A stretch of DNA of 64,000 bases from Candidatus Entotheonellaceae bacterium (GCA_965238075.1 OZ250173.1:128001-192000); one strand, 5' to 3'. Shown: positions 18,257 through 28,978, counted from the first letter of the stretch. Made by a program: numbers and translations. Notes: a model not told the origin generated them from the letters alone.

Positions 18257-19381
18257 TTAGTGCCCTGTCCCCCGAGCCACAATGGGCCACAGGGCTTCCA
18301 CGCGGTTGTTGCGTAGGCCAACGTACCAGTCGTAGAGGTTGACCGTCGGGTCGCAATGACCCGGGATGAGTCGCAGCTTGTCGCCGATGCGCACTGGGCT
18401 GTCGGGGTCGTGCAGCAGGACCTTGCCGTGCTCGTCGGAAGCGCCGGCGTACTCGGCCTGCGGCACATCAGCCACCTGCGGCAGGCCGGAGTCCACGCTC
18501 AACGCCTTCAACCCGGCGTCGACCACCGCCCATTCGTTGTTCCGTCGGCTCATCACCGTGGCGTACACGAACAGGCTATGCTCAAACTCCCGCCACGGCG
18601 CGCCGTCGGCGGCGAGATTCCTGCCGTAATCCACATCCATGAAGATATACGAACCGGCCTGCAGTTCGTTGTAGACCTGGCTGGCGGCCTCGAACGAATA
18701 GGTGCCGCTGCCGGCGCCGGTGACGAGCTCGCATTCCAGGCCGTGCTGCGATAGCAGGTTCGTCGTGTGCTGCACCTGTTCGACGGCTTGGCCGATGGCC
18801 TGCTGGCGTTCCTTGAACGACCGCAGGTGCTGCGCCCGTCCCTGATAAGCCTGCAGCCCGGCAAAACGCAGCCCCGGCGCCTGATCGATTTGCTGCGCCA
18901 GGCTCAGTGCCGCTTTGCCCGGCTGCACGCCGCAGCGGTTGGCGCCCACATCGACCTCGACCAGTACCGGCAAATCAATCTTGTAGGCCGCCGCCACCTC
19001 GCTAAGGTCCCCAACGTTCCCCGCATCGTCGGCGCACACGTATATCTGCGCCTGCTGTGCCAGAGCCGCTAACCGCTTCAGCTTGGCGGCCCCGACGACC
19101 TCGTTGCTGACCAGAACGTTCGGCACGCCGCCGTACACCATGGCCTCCGCTTCCCCAACCTTCTGGCAGCACACTCCCACGGCCCCAAGCGCCATCTGGC
19201 GCCGGGCGATGACGGCGCACTTGTGCGTTTTGGCATGCGGCCGCAATCGCACCGAAGAACCCGCCACCGCCGCGGCCAGGTGCTGTAAATTCCGCTCGAA
19301 GGCATCCAGGTCGATCAGCAAGGCCGGGGTGTCGACCTCCTCGAGGGCCATCCCGATGTCCGCTGGTGGACGAGTCGTCAT
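18257..19381 (-). CDS. DSD1/D-threonine aldolase family PLP-dependent enzyme
   Basis: TPALLIDLD, LRPHAKTHK, ELQAGSYIFMD, DAGLKA, SDEHG, IPGHCDPTVNL; SD AAAGGAG before the ATG at 19381. Confidence 0.9.
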   Translation of the reverse strand: MTTRPPADIGMALEEVDTPALLIDLDAFERNLQHLAAAVAGSSVRLRPHAKTHKCAVIARRQMALGAVGVCCQKVGEAEAMVYGGVPNVLVSNEVVGAAKLKRLAALAQQAQIYVCADDAGNVGDLSEVAAAYKIDLPVLVEVDVGANRCGVQPGKAALSLAQQIDQAPGLRFAGLQAYQGRAQHLRSFKERQQAIGQAVEQVQHTTNLLSQHGLECELVTGAGSGTYSFEAASQVYNELQAGSYIFMDVDYGRNLAADGAPWREFEHSLFVYATVMSRRNNEWAVVDAGLKALSVDSGLPQVADVPQAEYAGASDEHGKVLLHDPDSPVRIGDKLRLIPGHCDPTVNLYDWYVGLRNNRVEALWPIVARGTGH

Positions 19382-19652
19382 CGTTGCTTCTCCTTTGCGT
19401 GTCGGTGTGTGCCAGACCCGGTACAAGGCCGGATGTCCGATTATAGGACAATGCCGACGCATGTTAAGGCCCCGGACGGAATCCATCATGAAGGGCAGGG
19501 GCATAAAAGGCGTATTAGATAAAGAGCATCGGGGGTAATGAGTCAGGCAGCCACTTGCCATTCAATGGGCAAGCGCTCGGCCGTGTCCATCAAAGATGCC
19601 GTAGCCGAATCTGGCACTCTGTGACAGCCATGTTGTTACTGGGCCTACTACT

Positions 19653-19810
19653 TGGAGAGTGCCAAAAAGTGTGGGGCGATTGCGGATTTGTGCGGGTGGT
19701 GGCATAAGTTGAGGAGGTCGGGTCTGTAAGTATCCAAAGGTATTGTTCAAGAAGGGCCGACTGCTGGAGCTCAGCGCTGCACCCTCCCCTGCCTGTTTTG
19801 GCACTCTCCA
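19653..19810. mobile_element. Miniature element with 15-bp terminal inverted repeats (ISKra4-like ends)
   Basis: TGGAGAGTGCCAAAA ... TTTTGGCACTCTCCA; the left end resembles ends at 29912 and 32995. Confidence 0.6.
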
Positions 19811-19851
19811 CCATTAACGAGACAACCGCCTGAAAACTGTCCGAAGTATTG
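19810..19851 (+). mobile_element. Right-end remnant of a DDE_5 (IS4/IS701-like) element
   Basis: Last codons TINETTA* followed by CTGTCCGAAGTATTG, matching IS ends at 21923 and 27245. Confidence 0.6.
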
Positions 19852-20568
19852 CCAATGCAAGCTGTGCGAAAACTGACGTGGTCACCAAAACGGTGACCAC
19901 GTACCTCCGTGCTGACCAGTCTGCTTTGCTGTCATGTGCCATCCCGTGTTCTCCTTGGGACTTCCGACAATCCCGCCTCCTCTACTTTTGCCGATGTTAA
20001 CACCAGCTTCGTATAAGTCTCCAATATGTATACTTTGAATTGGCGCCATTACTGGCCGAAACGGCAGTCGCGGCAGGCGCCCTGCCGAAAATTTCCACCC
20101 CTAATAACGACGTAGACTGCGCCTCGAAACGGTGCGGCGAATTTGTCCTGAAAGGGCTGTCGTCCGGTCCTGAGTGGGGTACGGATGGGAGATTTTGACG
20201 CCGCACCCTGCCGTGGCGTTTCCCCAGTTGAAGGTCGCAACATCGCGCCTGACACGCCTGGATGGATAACCTCCCTCTGCCCGCTGACCCTCTGTCGGGC
20301 AAGGCTTCTCTCCAGACTCACGTCCAACTCCCCTGCTACCCCTTGATGATTCCTTCGATGCGGTTGTCCTGGCGTTCACAGTTGAGGTGACTCCTAGGGG
20401 TGTATCGAGGCGGTCGCTCGCCGCAAAATGATGCCTGGTTAGGCAATCTGCCCAGGTGGTTCTGATGCCGACAGTTAGACACAACCGGCAAGGGCTTTTC
20501 CACAGTTTGTGGGGAAAAATGGTGCCTTGTAGGGACTGATTCGGGATGTTATCCGCTCCGAAGTGGTA

Positions 20569-20847
20569 CTAAATAGGAACCTCTTCTGATTCCGCCAGTT
20601 TGAGGATGGCCCAGCGGATGGCGTTGAGCTTGCTGCGCCCGGTGCGACGCGCAAGGGCTTCCAGGCGAGCGTATTCGTAGGCGTTGAAGGGCACCCGAAT
20701 GGCCTTGTAGTTGTGGGCGGCGTGGGGGTCGGCCGGGGGGACGTCGACGGCCACAGCAGGCGGCCCGCCGTTGTCGGCGCCGGCGGCGAAGGCTTCCACC
20801 TCCTCCACGCTGGGCCGGTGGCCGGCGGCGGGTCGGCGTCTGATCAT
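20569..20847 (-). CDS. Small ParA partner protein (ParG/ribbon-helix-helix-like)
   Basis: Overlaps the parA stop; flexible N-terminus with EAFAAGAD; C-terminal KAIRVPFNAYEYARLEALARRTGRSKLNAIR is RHH-like. Confidence 0.75.
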   Translation of the reverse strand: MIRRRPAAGHRPSVEEVEAFAAGADNGGPPAVAVDVPPADPHAAHNYKAIRVPFNAYEYARLEALARRTGRSKLNAIRWAILKLAESEEVPI

Positions 20848-21476
20848 GTGAACACCTCCTTAGAAAGCGACCGCACCTCGGCGACAGCCTTGCGGTTGTC
20901 CGTATCAACAACGCCGCGGCCGTCGCTGATGGCGTCGCGGTAGACCTTGCGGTCGCGGACGATGGTCGTCAGAAGCCGGATGTCGGGATAGTCCAGCAGG
21001 TAGGCGCGCGCCTCCTTGACTTCGCGCACCAAGGGATTGGTGGGGGCCATGGTGAGGACGCCGTAGGCCGTGAGGCCGGGATTGAGGTCCCTGGCCTGAG
21101 TAATGATGGCCTGCAGGGTCGGCAGGGTGTCGAGGTCAGGCTGTGAGGGGCGCATGGGCACGAGCAGGACGTGGGTGGCGATCATGCCGGTGCGCAACTC
21201 GCGGCTGTCGCGCCCGGCGGCGTCGACGACGACGTGGTCGTAGCGGCGGTCGAGGTCGATCAGGGCGTTGCGGATGTTGTCGTATTTCTGGACACAGTGG
21301 ACCACCGGCAGGCCGGGGTGCTCGGCGCGGTCCATGGCCCAGGTGGCGGCGGTACCCTGGCGGTCGGCGTCGACGAGGATGACGTCGCGGCCGCGTTTGG
21401 CGAGCTCGGCGCAGAGGTTGACGGCGATGGTGGACTTGCCGCAGCCACCCTTCTGGTTCCCGACGAGTACAATCAT
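20844..21476 (-). CDS. parA: Type Ib plasmid partition ATPase (ParA/ParF)
   Basis: GNQKGGCGKST deviant Walker A, VDADRQG, VVVDAAG; about 210 aa with no N-terminal HTH. Confidence 0.9.
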   Translation of the reverse strand: MIVLVGNQKGGCGKSTIAVNLCAELAKRGRDVILVDADRQGTAATWAMDRAEHPGLPVVHCVQKYDNIRNALIDLDRRYDHVVVDAAGRDSRELRTGMIATHVLLVPMRPSQPDLDTLPTLQAIITQARDLNPGLTAYGVLTMAPTNPLVREVKEARAYLLDYPDIRLLTTIVRDRKVYRDAISDGRGVVDTDNRKAVAEVRSLSKEVFT

Positions 21477-21564
21477 GGTACCGATTTCATATGAATTAAG
21501 CGGGATTCTTATATGGATTCTGTATGAATCCAATACGGAATTAGTACCAGAAAAGTATCAGCAA
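21477..21564. repeat. Eight degenerate 11-bp tandem units upstream of parA (putative centromere/operator)
   Basis: ggtaccgattt/catatgaatta/agcgggattct/tatatggattc/tgtatgaatcc/aatacggaatt/agtaccagaaa/agtatcagcaa; AT-rich island. Confidence 0.6.
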
Positions 21565-21922
21565 GGAACCGGGACGGTCAAGGAGAATCGGCGGCGCTGG
21601 TGGTTTTCCTCCTAGGGCTGTGGCGGTGATGCATGGCGTGTGGCTTGGGCGGGACGCACGGAATCGTATGCGGCGGGGTCTTGGTTCCGCATCAGGGTGG
21701 ACCCCTTCAAAGGGGGTGGGTCAGTACCACGCTCTCGATGGTATGGGGCTCGGTTGCGTTTGAGACCATGCAGCCCATACTGCCACGTCGTATCGTACCC
21801 TGTGTGGACAGGCGGGCTCCACGCTTCAAGACGTTACCCCCGCGGCTTCCCGAGTTCCGCCAGTTGACGTACCCCTAGACAACCCATATTGATGGACCGA
21901 ATAGTCTGCGGGGCATCTCTAA

Positions 21923-22400
21923 CAATACTGCGCACAGAAATTAAGCAGCCATCTCAGAGATGGTGCCATAGTTACACAGCTCTTGGTAATCGGGGCTGGA
22001 TTTTTCCAGGCTATGCCCCTGGGCTAAATGCTGAGAAATTCGCTCCAGCAGATGTTGGTTGAAGGCGCGGCGTTTGAGGCTCGCCATGGAAAACCCTGCC
22101 TGGGCGCCGCAATCGCTTTGCTGTCGCGCTTCCAGCTTGCCCAAGGTCAGAGCTACTCATACTGGCATTGAAGTGAAAATGCAGCTTCGCTTGGGAGCGC
22201 GTATGACAGGCATTCAGAGACGTAAACTGCTTGGCATCCCTGAAGAGAAACTCGATCTGGAAGCGTGCTTTGTACCCACGATAAAGCGTCTGCGCATCCA
22301 AGTCGGTATCGCTGCTGAACAGAATCGCCCGCCGCTGGGTATGGGTATCCACGACGAGCACGACGCGCAGGTTGCGCCGAAGATGAACGTGGTTGAGGAC
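21923..22400 (-). mobile_element. Truncated, frameshifted DDE_5 (IS4/IS701-like) transposase with right end
   Basis: YKARFQIEFLFRDAKQFTSL; near-identical to 26555-27245; cut by ISAs1 at 22401. Confidence 0.8.
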
Positions 22401-23658
22401 CAGGGCAATCGCTATTTTAACGATGCCAGTAGCGGGCTCTCTCCAAGCCCTATGATAGGTTTCTCAAAACGAATGACTCATCAGAGGAGCCAAGGCCATG
22501 GCGTGCATGCCCGACGTATCGATCGTTTCCCACTTCAAAGACCTGCCAGACCCGAGAATCGAACGCGCCAAGAAGCATCGCCTCATCGACATCATCGTCA
22601 TTGCTCTGGGGTCCATCATGGTCGGTGGCGACGGATTCCGGGACATGGAACTCTTTGGCAAAAGCAAACAGGCGTGGCTGCAGCAATTGCTCGACCTGCC
22701 CAATGGCATCCCCTCGCATGACACTTTTGGGCGGGTCTTTGCCCGCCTCAATCCCAAACACTTCCATCCGTGCTTCCTGTCATGGGCCCAGGCCGTCTCC
22801 AAGCTCACCCAGGGCGCCGTGGTCTCGCTCGATGGCAAAACCGTCAAAGCGTCGTTTGACCGGGCCACCGAACTGTCCCCCGTACATGTGGTATCAGCTT
22901 GGTGCTCGCAAAACGGCGGGCTCGTCATGGGCCAACTCAAGACACACAGCAAGTCCAATGAAATCACCGCCATTCCGGAACTCTTGAAGCTCCTGGCCAT
23001 CAAGGGTTGCATCGTGACGATCGACGCCATGGGATGCCAGAGAGCCATCATCAGGCAGATCCTCGACCAACAAGGCGATTATCTCGTCACGCTCAAGGGC
23101 AATCACAAAAACACCTACCGTGCCGTCACTCGTTACTTCCATGACCACGTCGAGCACAACTTCAGCCTGCGAGATGAGGACACCTTCTTCGATGCCTTCG
23201 ACGTCTCCCACGGTCGGCGGGTTCGACGACGCCTCTGGGTACTACGCGACCTTGGCGGCATTGCTGAACTGGAGAAGTGGCCCGGAGTCAACTCGATCAT
23301 TGCGGTTGAAACGATCCGTGCGGCGCACGGCCGCGCCAAGGTCACCAGCAACTATCGCTTCTACCTGTCCAGTCTGACTCGCTGCGCGGCAGACTTTGCG
23401 GCCTTGATTCGTCAACACTGGCACATTGAGAACAAGCTGCATTGGTCTCTGGACGTTGCCTTCAATGAAGACCGCTGTCGGATTCGTAAAGACCATGCTG
23501 CGGCGAACATGGCTGCCTTGCGGCGTCTGGCGTTGAATCTATTACGACAGGAACGCTCCAGAGCCCTCAGCGTCAGGCAGAAACGACTCCTTTGCAGTCT
23601 CGATGACGGGTACTTGTTACAAGTATTGGCAGGGGCAACTTGAAATGCGATTGCCCTG
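22401..23658 (+). mobile_element. ISAs1 family insertion sequence
   Basis: Terminal IRs CAGGGCAATCGC / GCGATTGCCCTG enclosing an intact transposase; no target duplication visible. Confidence 0.9.
22498..23643 (+). CDS. ISAs1 family transposase
   Basis: GIPSHDTFGRVF, DGKT, KSNEITAIP, IDAMGCQ, HWHIENKLHWSLDVAFNED. Confidence 0.95.
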   Translation: MACMPDVSIVSHFKDLPDPRIERAKKHRLIDIIVIALGSIMVGGDGFRDMELFGKSKQAWLQQLLDLPNGIPSHDTFGRVFARLNPKHFHPCFLSWAQAVSKLTQGAVVSLDGKTVKASFDRATELSPVHVVSAWCSQNGGLVMGQLKTHSKSNEITAIPELLKLLAIKGCIVTIDAMGCQRAIIRQILDQQGDYLVTLKGNHKNTYRAVTRYFHDHVEHNFSLRDEDTFFDAFDVSHGRRVRRRLWVLRDLGGIAELEKWPGVNSIIAVETIRAAHGRAKVTSNYRFYLSSLTRCAADFAALIRQHWHIENKLHWSLDVAFNEDRCRIRKDHAAANMAALRRLALNLLRQERSRALSVRQKRLLCSLDDGYLLQVLAGAT

Positions 23659-24970
23659 TCCCGTACCGCTCTTCCCAGAGATCGAAGGACGGTAGGGGGA
23701 GATGGGTGTCAGGGTCGCGGTGGGCGAGCAGGAAGTCAGCGGATTTGAGCACGAGCTTCTTGTACAGCGGCCCAATGAACTCAATATCCCTTGCGCGTTC
23801 GTGGTGTATCCACAGCGCCCAGAGCACCAATGCGTCGAGTCCTCCTGGATCGGGAGTACTTGGCGACCATCCACCAGCCAGGGGTGCCAGGAGCTAGCCA
23901 ACGACCCATCCGGATTGTAGTGCTGCATCAAGTATCCTTCGTCCGAGAGCACGTCTGCGCAATAGTTGAAGAACCGCTGACACACGTCGGCATACCCGGC
24001 CTTCGCGAGCGCGGCAGCCACAAACGCTCCATCGCGACCCCACATGTAGGAATAGGTATCCTTGCCGAAGCGCACGATATCCGAATCGTTCGCCGGGATA
24101 ATCGCGCCGCGGTTGTCGATCTGTGTTCTGAGAATAAGAAGGCTCCGATTGAACAGATCGGTTACCTCAGTGGGAAGGTCTCCGAAGGATCGGGGTTCCT
24201 TCTGAATCCATGCTCCCCAGTAGTTGGATGTGAGCTTGATCATCTCGGCGGGTGTCTTCTCGAGGACGATCTCATTGAGTCGCGTCACGTCCCCGTATCC
24301 TGTGCCAGCCGTCACCCAGTAGAACGCCGTGGCGCTTCGTCCGGGCGGGACGTCAAGGGATATGGCGATGGTAGAGTCGGGGAAGCCCCACGCGGCTGGA
24401 TTACGGCTGAGCTTGCCATCCTTCGGCGTCGGTCCACGATCCTTGCTCGCAGAGGTGGTCTTTGACCGCACACGCGAACTCCTTCACTCCCCACGACGCG
24501 ACCGTGCCTCCGTTGACGAGAAAGAATCGGTTGGCGTTGTAGTGCACGATAGAACTGGTCCGCGGATCGAAATACGCCGTGTCCCCGATGTCGTGGCCGT
24601 ACACGTGAAAGTCGTGCGCGAAGAAGAGCGTCACATGCCGCGCGGTCTCTTCCAGGTTGACCACGCGGAACTCTTTCAGATAGATGTTCAAATCGAAGTC
24701 GACAGCGTCACAGCATCGCAGCTCCAACCCGAGGGCCTGGTGCCTGAGCACCACATTCGTGACCAAACTATCGTCACGATACCGGAGATCCCGTGTCCAC
24801 TCTGACCCGATCCAGGCGAAGCGCCCATCGGCCCAGACACCGAACCGGGAGGGGTGCCCCTTGGAATGATTTTCCTGGCCGACGTGGGGAAAGTAGATGT
24901 CGCGAATCCGGTAGTCCGAGTCGAAATTCAGAAGGAAGTTGCCGTTGCTGACGGGAAGGTCCTTGGGCAT
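23659..24970 (-). pseudogene. Glycoside hydrolase family 15 (glucoamylase-like), two frameshifts and 3' truncation by ISAs1
   Basis: RDIYFPHVGQENH; YSYMWGRDGA; HYNPDGSLASSWHPW; QEDST; SFDLWEERYG, spread over three frames (shifts near 24421 and 23830). Confidence 0.85.
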
Positions 24971-24986
24971 CGGCGGCTCCGCCTCG

Positions 24987-26246
24987 TTATCCGGCTACGC
25001 TCTCGAGGAGCAGCCGCTCGTGGAATCCAGGCTGACGGCGATGATAGTCGCTGATGACCCCGCGGTAGATGTCGGCGTACCTCGTCGCCATCCGAGTCGT
25101 GGAAAAGTGGGTGCCGACGTGCCGTCTACAAGCCTGCGGGTCGAGGCTGGCCAAGTGTGCTTCGGCCGCGACCATCTCCTCCATAGAGTTCACGACGAAC
25201 CCGGTACGGCCGGTGGCCACGATCTCCGACACAGCTCCCTCGTCGAACGCGAGCACGGGCGTGCCACAGGCCATGGATTCGAGCAGGACGAGGCCGAAGG
25301 GCTCCCGCCACCGAATCGGAAAGAGCGTGGCGCGGGCGTGCCGGTACCATTGTTTCTTCTGGTCGCCGCCGAGCTCGCCGATGTAGACGACCTGGCCGGA
25401 GCCCACCACGGGCTGAATGACACGTTCGAAATAGTCTGCCTCAACCGGAACCCGGCTCACGTCGACGCATGCGTCGAGCGAAGGCTCAAGGCCGGCGAAG
25501 AACGCGGCATCGTCTGACTTGTTCTGCACGCACCCGGCGATCACGAGTGTCGAACCCGTCCGCCGAGCGAGTTCAATGGCGCGATCCTGTCCCTTGACGC
25601 GTGACACCCTGCCGATCATGAAGAGGTATCCGCCGCGGGTGGGAGTCGTGTTGAACGGGAAGTCGTTGATGTCAATGCCGTGATGGACCGTGCCCCATGG
25701 CTTGACGATGGGCGCGTACTCCGCCGATTGACTATCGCTGATCGCTACGAAGTACACCGACTGCTTGGCGACGAGATCCCGGCGCAGGCCGCTTGCGGAT
25801 GCCGGGACGTGAAGAGTCATGACGATCGGCACAGGCGGGTTAAAGGTGCCGTCATAGATATAGTCCACCCACTCGTGCATGTGGATGATGTCGACATCGC
25901 CCATGGTCGTCCGGTCCAAGGCCGCCGACAGATGGCGTTCGATGAGGTCGCGTCGTTCTGCCGTGTCGTCGCACGCGTAGTTCCCAAGGCTCCGAGGCAC
26001 GGTGACGTGCCGCTCTCCCGAGATCCTCGCATCCGCGCTGCAGGCCACGATGGAGCGATGGCCGCAGGAACGCAGGCCCCGGTGAATGTTTTCGACGATG
26101 GTTTCGATTGGATTGTAGCCCAGATCTGTTCCGATCGGCTTGTTGAGAGTACCGATATGCAGCACCGTGAGCCTGCGGCCCTCCGGCTCCAGCGTCAACG
26201 GGGGTGGGGCCAGCCCATCCTGCTCAGACAGTACCAGCGCCGACAT
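24987..26246 (-). CDS. GT4 family glycosyltransferase
   Basis: IGRVSRVKGQD; FPIRWREPFGLVLLESMACGTPV. Confidence 0.88.
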   Translation of the reverse strand: MSALVLSEQDGLAPPPLTLEPEGRRLTVLHIGTLNKPIGTDLGYNPIETIVENIHRGLRSCGHRSIVACSADARISGERHVTVPRSLGNYACDDTAERRDLIERHLSAALDRTTMGDVDIIHMHEWVDYIYDGTFNPPVPIVMTLHVPASASGLRRDLVAKQSVYFVAISDSQSAEYAPIVKPWGTVHHGIDINDFPFNTTPTRGGYLFMIGRVSRVKGQDRAIELARRTGSTLVIAGCVQNKSDDAAFFAGLEPSLDACVDVSRVPVEADYFERVIQPVVGSGQVVYIGELGGDQKKQWYRHARATLFPIRWREPFGLVLLESMACGTPVLAFDEGAVSEIVATGRTGFVVNSMEEMVAAEAHLASLDPQACRRHVGTHFSTTRMATRYADIYRGVISDYHRRQPGFHERLLLESVAG

Positions 26247-26554
26247 GTGAGGCTCCTATCAAAACTCATGGACTGCGAGCGCCCTGGCGCGCCCACAGCG
26301 GGACAGCGACCCGAACGCGGCGCCGAGAAGAGCCAGTTCGCGGGGTCGAGAAAACAGTGCGAAGGCTTTGGTGAGGGTTGGAACTCAGGACTCGACGGGG
26401 ATGCCGAGGGTCAGCGACAGGACTCAATAAGGCGCCGAACTTCAAGAGTATACATCCATTGCTCGTTCACCGCTCGTTCACCGCCCGCAGCCGGTAACCG
26501 TGCGCCACGTGGTTGGTCAGCGCGAAGCCGTTCCCGGCGCCGGCGCGGTCGGCT

Positions 26555-27245
26555 GGGAGACACCTGGCATCTCGACGACGGGGTTCGCGCCTTGGGGCTT
26601 CGCCAGATGGGTAAATTACGCCGTGACGCCAATCTGCGCTATCTCTACCAAGGAGTAGGGCGCCCGGGACCAGGGCGTCCCAAGACCTATGACGGCAAGG
26701 TCCAGTGGGACGACCTGTCACGCTTTGAGCGGGTGCACAGTGAAGACGACGGTATTGTTCTCTATCATCAAGTCCTCAACCACGTGCATCTTCGGCGCAA
26801 CTTGGGTGTCGTGCTTGTGGTGGATACCCGCACTCAGCGGCGAGCGGTGCTGTTCAGCACCGATACCGACTTGGATGCGCAGACGCTTTATCGTGGGTAC
26901 AAAGCACGCTTCCAGATCGAGTTTCTCTTCAGAGACGCCAAACAGTTTACGTCTCTGAGTGCCTGTCAAGCGCGCTCGCAGGCCAAGCTGCATGTTCACT
27001 TCAATGCCAGTATGAGTGCTCTGACCTTGGGCAAACTGGAAGCGCGACAGCAAAGCGGCGGTGCTCAGGCAGGGTTTTCCATGGCGAGTCTCAAACGGCG
27101 CGCCTTCAACCAACATCTGCTGGAGCGAATTTCTCAGTATTTAGCCCAGGGGCATAGCCTGGAAAAATCCAGCCCCGATTACCAAGACCTTTGTAACTAT
27201 GGCACGATCGCTGACAGGGCGGCCTAAATTCTGTCCGAAGCATTG
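26555..27245 (+). mobile_element. 5'-truncated DDE_5 (IS4/IS701-like) transposase with right end
   Basis: GKLRRDANLRYLY, GRPKTYDGKV, RFQIEFLFRDAKQ; end CTGTCCGAAGCATTG. Confidence 0.8.
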
Positions 27246-27329
27246 CAAGGTCTGAATTAGCTGAATTGAACGTTTGCCAGCTGATGGCATGCGCCCGCCG
27301 GGCCCGAGCCCGACAGGCGCATCGGCGGC

Positions 27330-28673
27330 TTACGCCTCGTAGATGGCCTTCAGTTCCCTTTCGGCCGATTCAATGACGCTCTGGGTCGAGTCGCCCCGTA
27401 CCGCCTTGGCGAACAGGTCGACGATGATGTACTTGGCGGCTGCCTCGGAAGACTGGCGGTTGTACGGCCCGGCGTATCCGTGGTTGCGCCCGTACTGCGG
27501 CAGCTCGCGGTAGATGGTGACGGCCGGGTCCTCCTCCCACATCGGGTGTTCCTGCCACTTGGGCAGCGGGCCGTTGATGTAGCCCTTGTTGATGACCAGG
27601 AACTTCTCGAAGTTGTCGTCCTGGTGAACGAAGCGGATGTAGTCGCGCGCCGCCTCCTTGTTGGGCGAGTAGCGGGCGATGCAATTGGAGGCCGGTCCGA
27701 CGTCGTGATAGCGTCCGTGCGGGCCTTCGGGAATCAGGAAGTGGCCCAGCCGGTCGGCGAAACCGGGGGCGACCTTGCGGGGGTCGTTGCGGGCGACAAA
27801 ATAAATGCTGGCGCCGTTCAGGGTGACGGCGATGGTTTCCGCCAGGAAGGCGCGGTTGTTGCTGGTGCCGTCCCACGCCAAGCCGCCTTCGTCGCAGGCG
27901 GCGGACCAGAACTCCTTGAGGAAATCAACCGCGTTGGCCGTCTCCCGGCTATTCAGGGCTACCCGCCCGTCCTCGTCCACTTCCTTACCGCCGAAGCACC
28001 ACAACAGGGTATAGGCGAAACCGGGGGCGTCCCCAAAGGTGTGAGCGAGGCTTTGCCCGACCGGCATGCCGATGTGTTTCAATTTCTTGCCGGCTTCCAG
28101 GTACTCGTCCCAGGTTTCGGGCGGACGGGCGATGCCGACTTCCTCGAAGATGTCCTTGCGGTAAACGTTGGCGCCGCCGCCGAAGAAGTTGGGCACGCCG
28201 CGATGCACGCCCTTCACGTCGCGCACGGCCTCGCGGATGAACGGGTAAATCACGTCGCCGCCGAGCTCTGCGATGAGGCCGTCGTGGTCATCGAGCCCCG
28301 CCGCGTAAAGCAGCGGGTAGTTGCCGAACAACTGGATGATATCCGGGCCCGTGCCGCCCTCGATCGCCGCCGTGGCCCTGGCCGGCAGGTCGTTGGCGTT
28401 GATGTGCTCGACGGTCACCTTCACGCCCGCCTGCTTGCCGAATTCCGCTGCCTGCCGATCCCGCTCGACGTCGGCCGGCGCGACGAAACTACTCCACTCC
28501 AGGACGTGCAGCGTTCGCTCCCGCGCAAAAGCCGGTGCCCGGCCCGCCAGCCGGTTCGTGCCGGCGACCGCCGCCAAGACCGCTCCGACCTTGCCCGTAT
28601 AGCTCAGAAAATCCCGCCGCCGCATCCGCCCGGGGATCGATTCACCCCGTTGCCGCCCTGCTTCGTGTACCAT
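27330..28673 (-). CDS. Tat-exported ABC transporter solute-binding protein (sugar family 1), no adjacent permease
   Basis: RRRDFL Tat motif; PETWDEY; NNRAFLA...LNGASIY. Confidence 0.85.
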   Translation of the reverse strand: MVHEAGRQRGESIPGRMRRRDFLSYTGKVGAVLAAVAGTNRLAGRAPAFARERTLHVLEWSSFVAPADVERDRQAAEFGKQAGVKVTVEHINANDLPARATAAIEGGTGPDIIQLFGNYPLLYAAGLDDHDGLIAELGGDVIYPFIREAVRDVKGVHRGVPNFFGGGANVYRKDIFEEVGIARPPETWDEYLEAGKKLKHIGMPVGQSLAHTFGDAPGFAYTLLWCFGGKEVDEDGRVALNSRETANAVDFLKEFWSAACDEGGLAWDGTSNNRAFLAETIAVTLNGASIYFVARNDPRKVAPGFADRLGHFLIPEGPHGRYHDVGPASNCIARYSPNKEAARDYIRFVHQDDNFEKFLVINKGYINGPLPKWQEHPMWEEDPAVTIYRELPQYGRNHGYAGPYNRQSSEAAAKYIIVDLFAKAVRGDSTQSVIESAERELKAIYEA

Positions 28674-28819
28674 GACTTACCTCCATAAGGCGCTCTCGCG
28701 CCTGACTATCGTGTCTGCCCATTGCCATCGGTGAGCGGTCTAATATTGTGTTTTCTCCTGCGCTGTCAAGTCGATGCACGCTCCTGGAGCAGGGTAAGCG
28801 CAGATTGGGTAGATCGGAT

Positions 28820-28978
28820 TAGAGCATTTTTGGTTCTTATTGGATCTCTCAATGCTCCAAAGGAGGTCATTCCGGGCTTGACCCGGAATCCAGCGGCCCC
28901 CCGAAAACCTCTGGACTCCGGCTTTCGCCGGAGTGACATGGACATAATGTCAAGCCATTATGGTCCGAAAGTTCTCTA
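28820..28978 (+). mobile_element. ~156-bp MITE copy 1 with palindromic REP/RPE-like core
   Basis: TAGAGCATTTT...AAAGTTCTCTA; core GTCATTCCGGGCTTGACCCGGAATCCAG...CTGGACTCCGGCTTTCGCCGGAGTGAC. Confidence 0.85.

Noticed and set aside
20240-20400. Minus-strand similarity to a cobalamin riboswitch (AACTGTGA ... GAGTCTGGAGA)
   Set aside because: The core GGGAA, CCCGC and GCCACTG elements are missing
26461-26482. Tandem duplication GCTCGTTCACC x2
   Set aside because: Only two units; could be slippage or an excision scar, with no further support
25680-27227. 515-aa ORF as a full-length transposase
   Set aside because: The first ~290 codons are antisense to the GT4 gene or intergenic; only the part from about 26555 resembles a transposase
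28820-28978. Palindromic repeats as a CRISPR array
   Set aside because: Copies are dispersed, with no repeat-spacer periodicity and no cas genes
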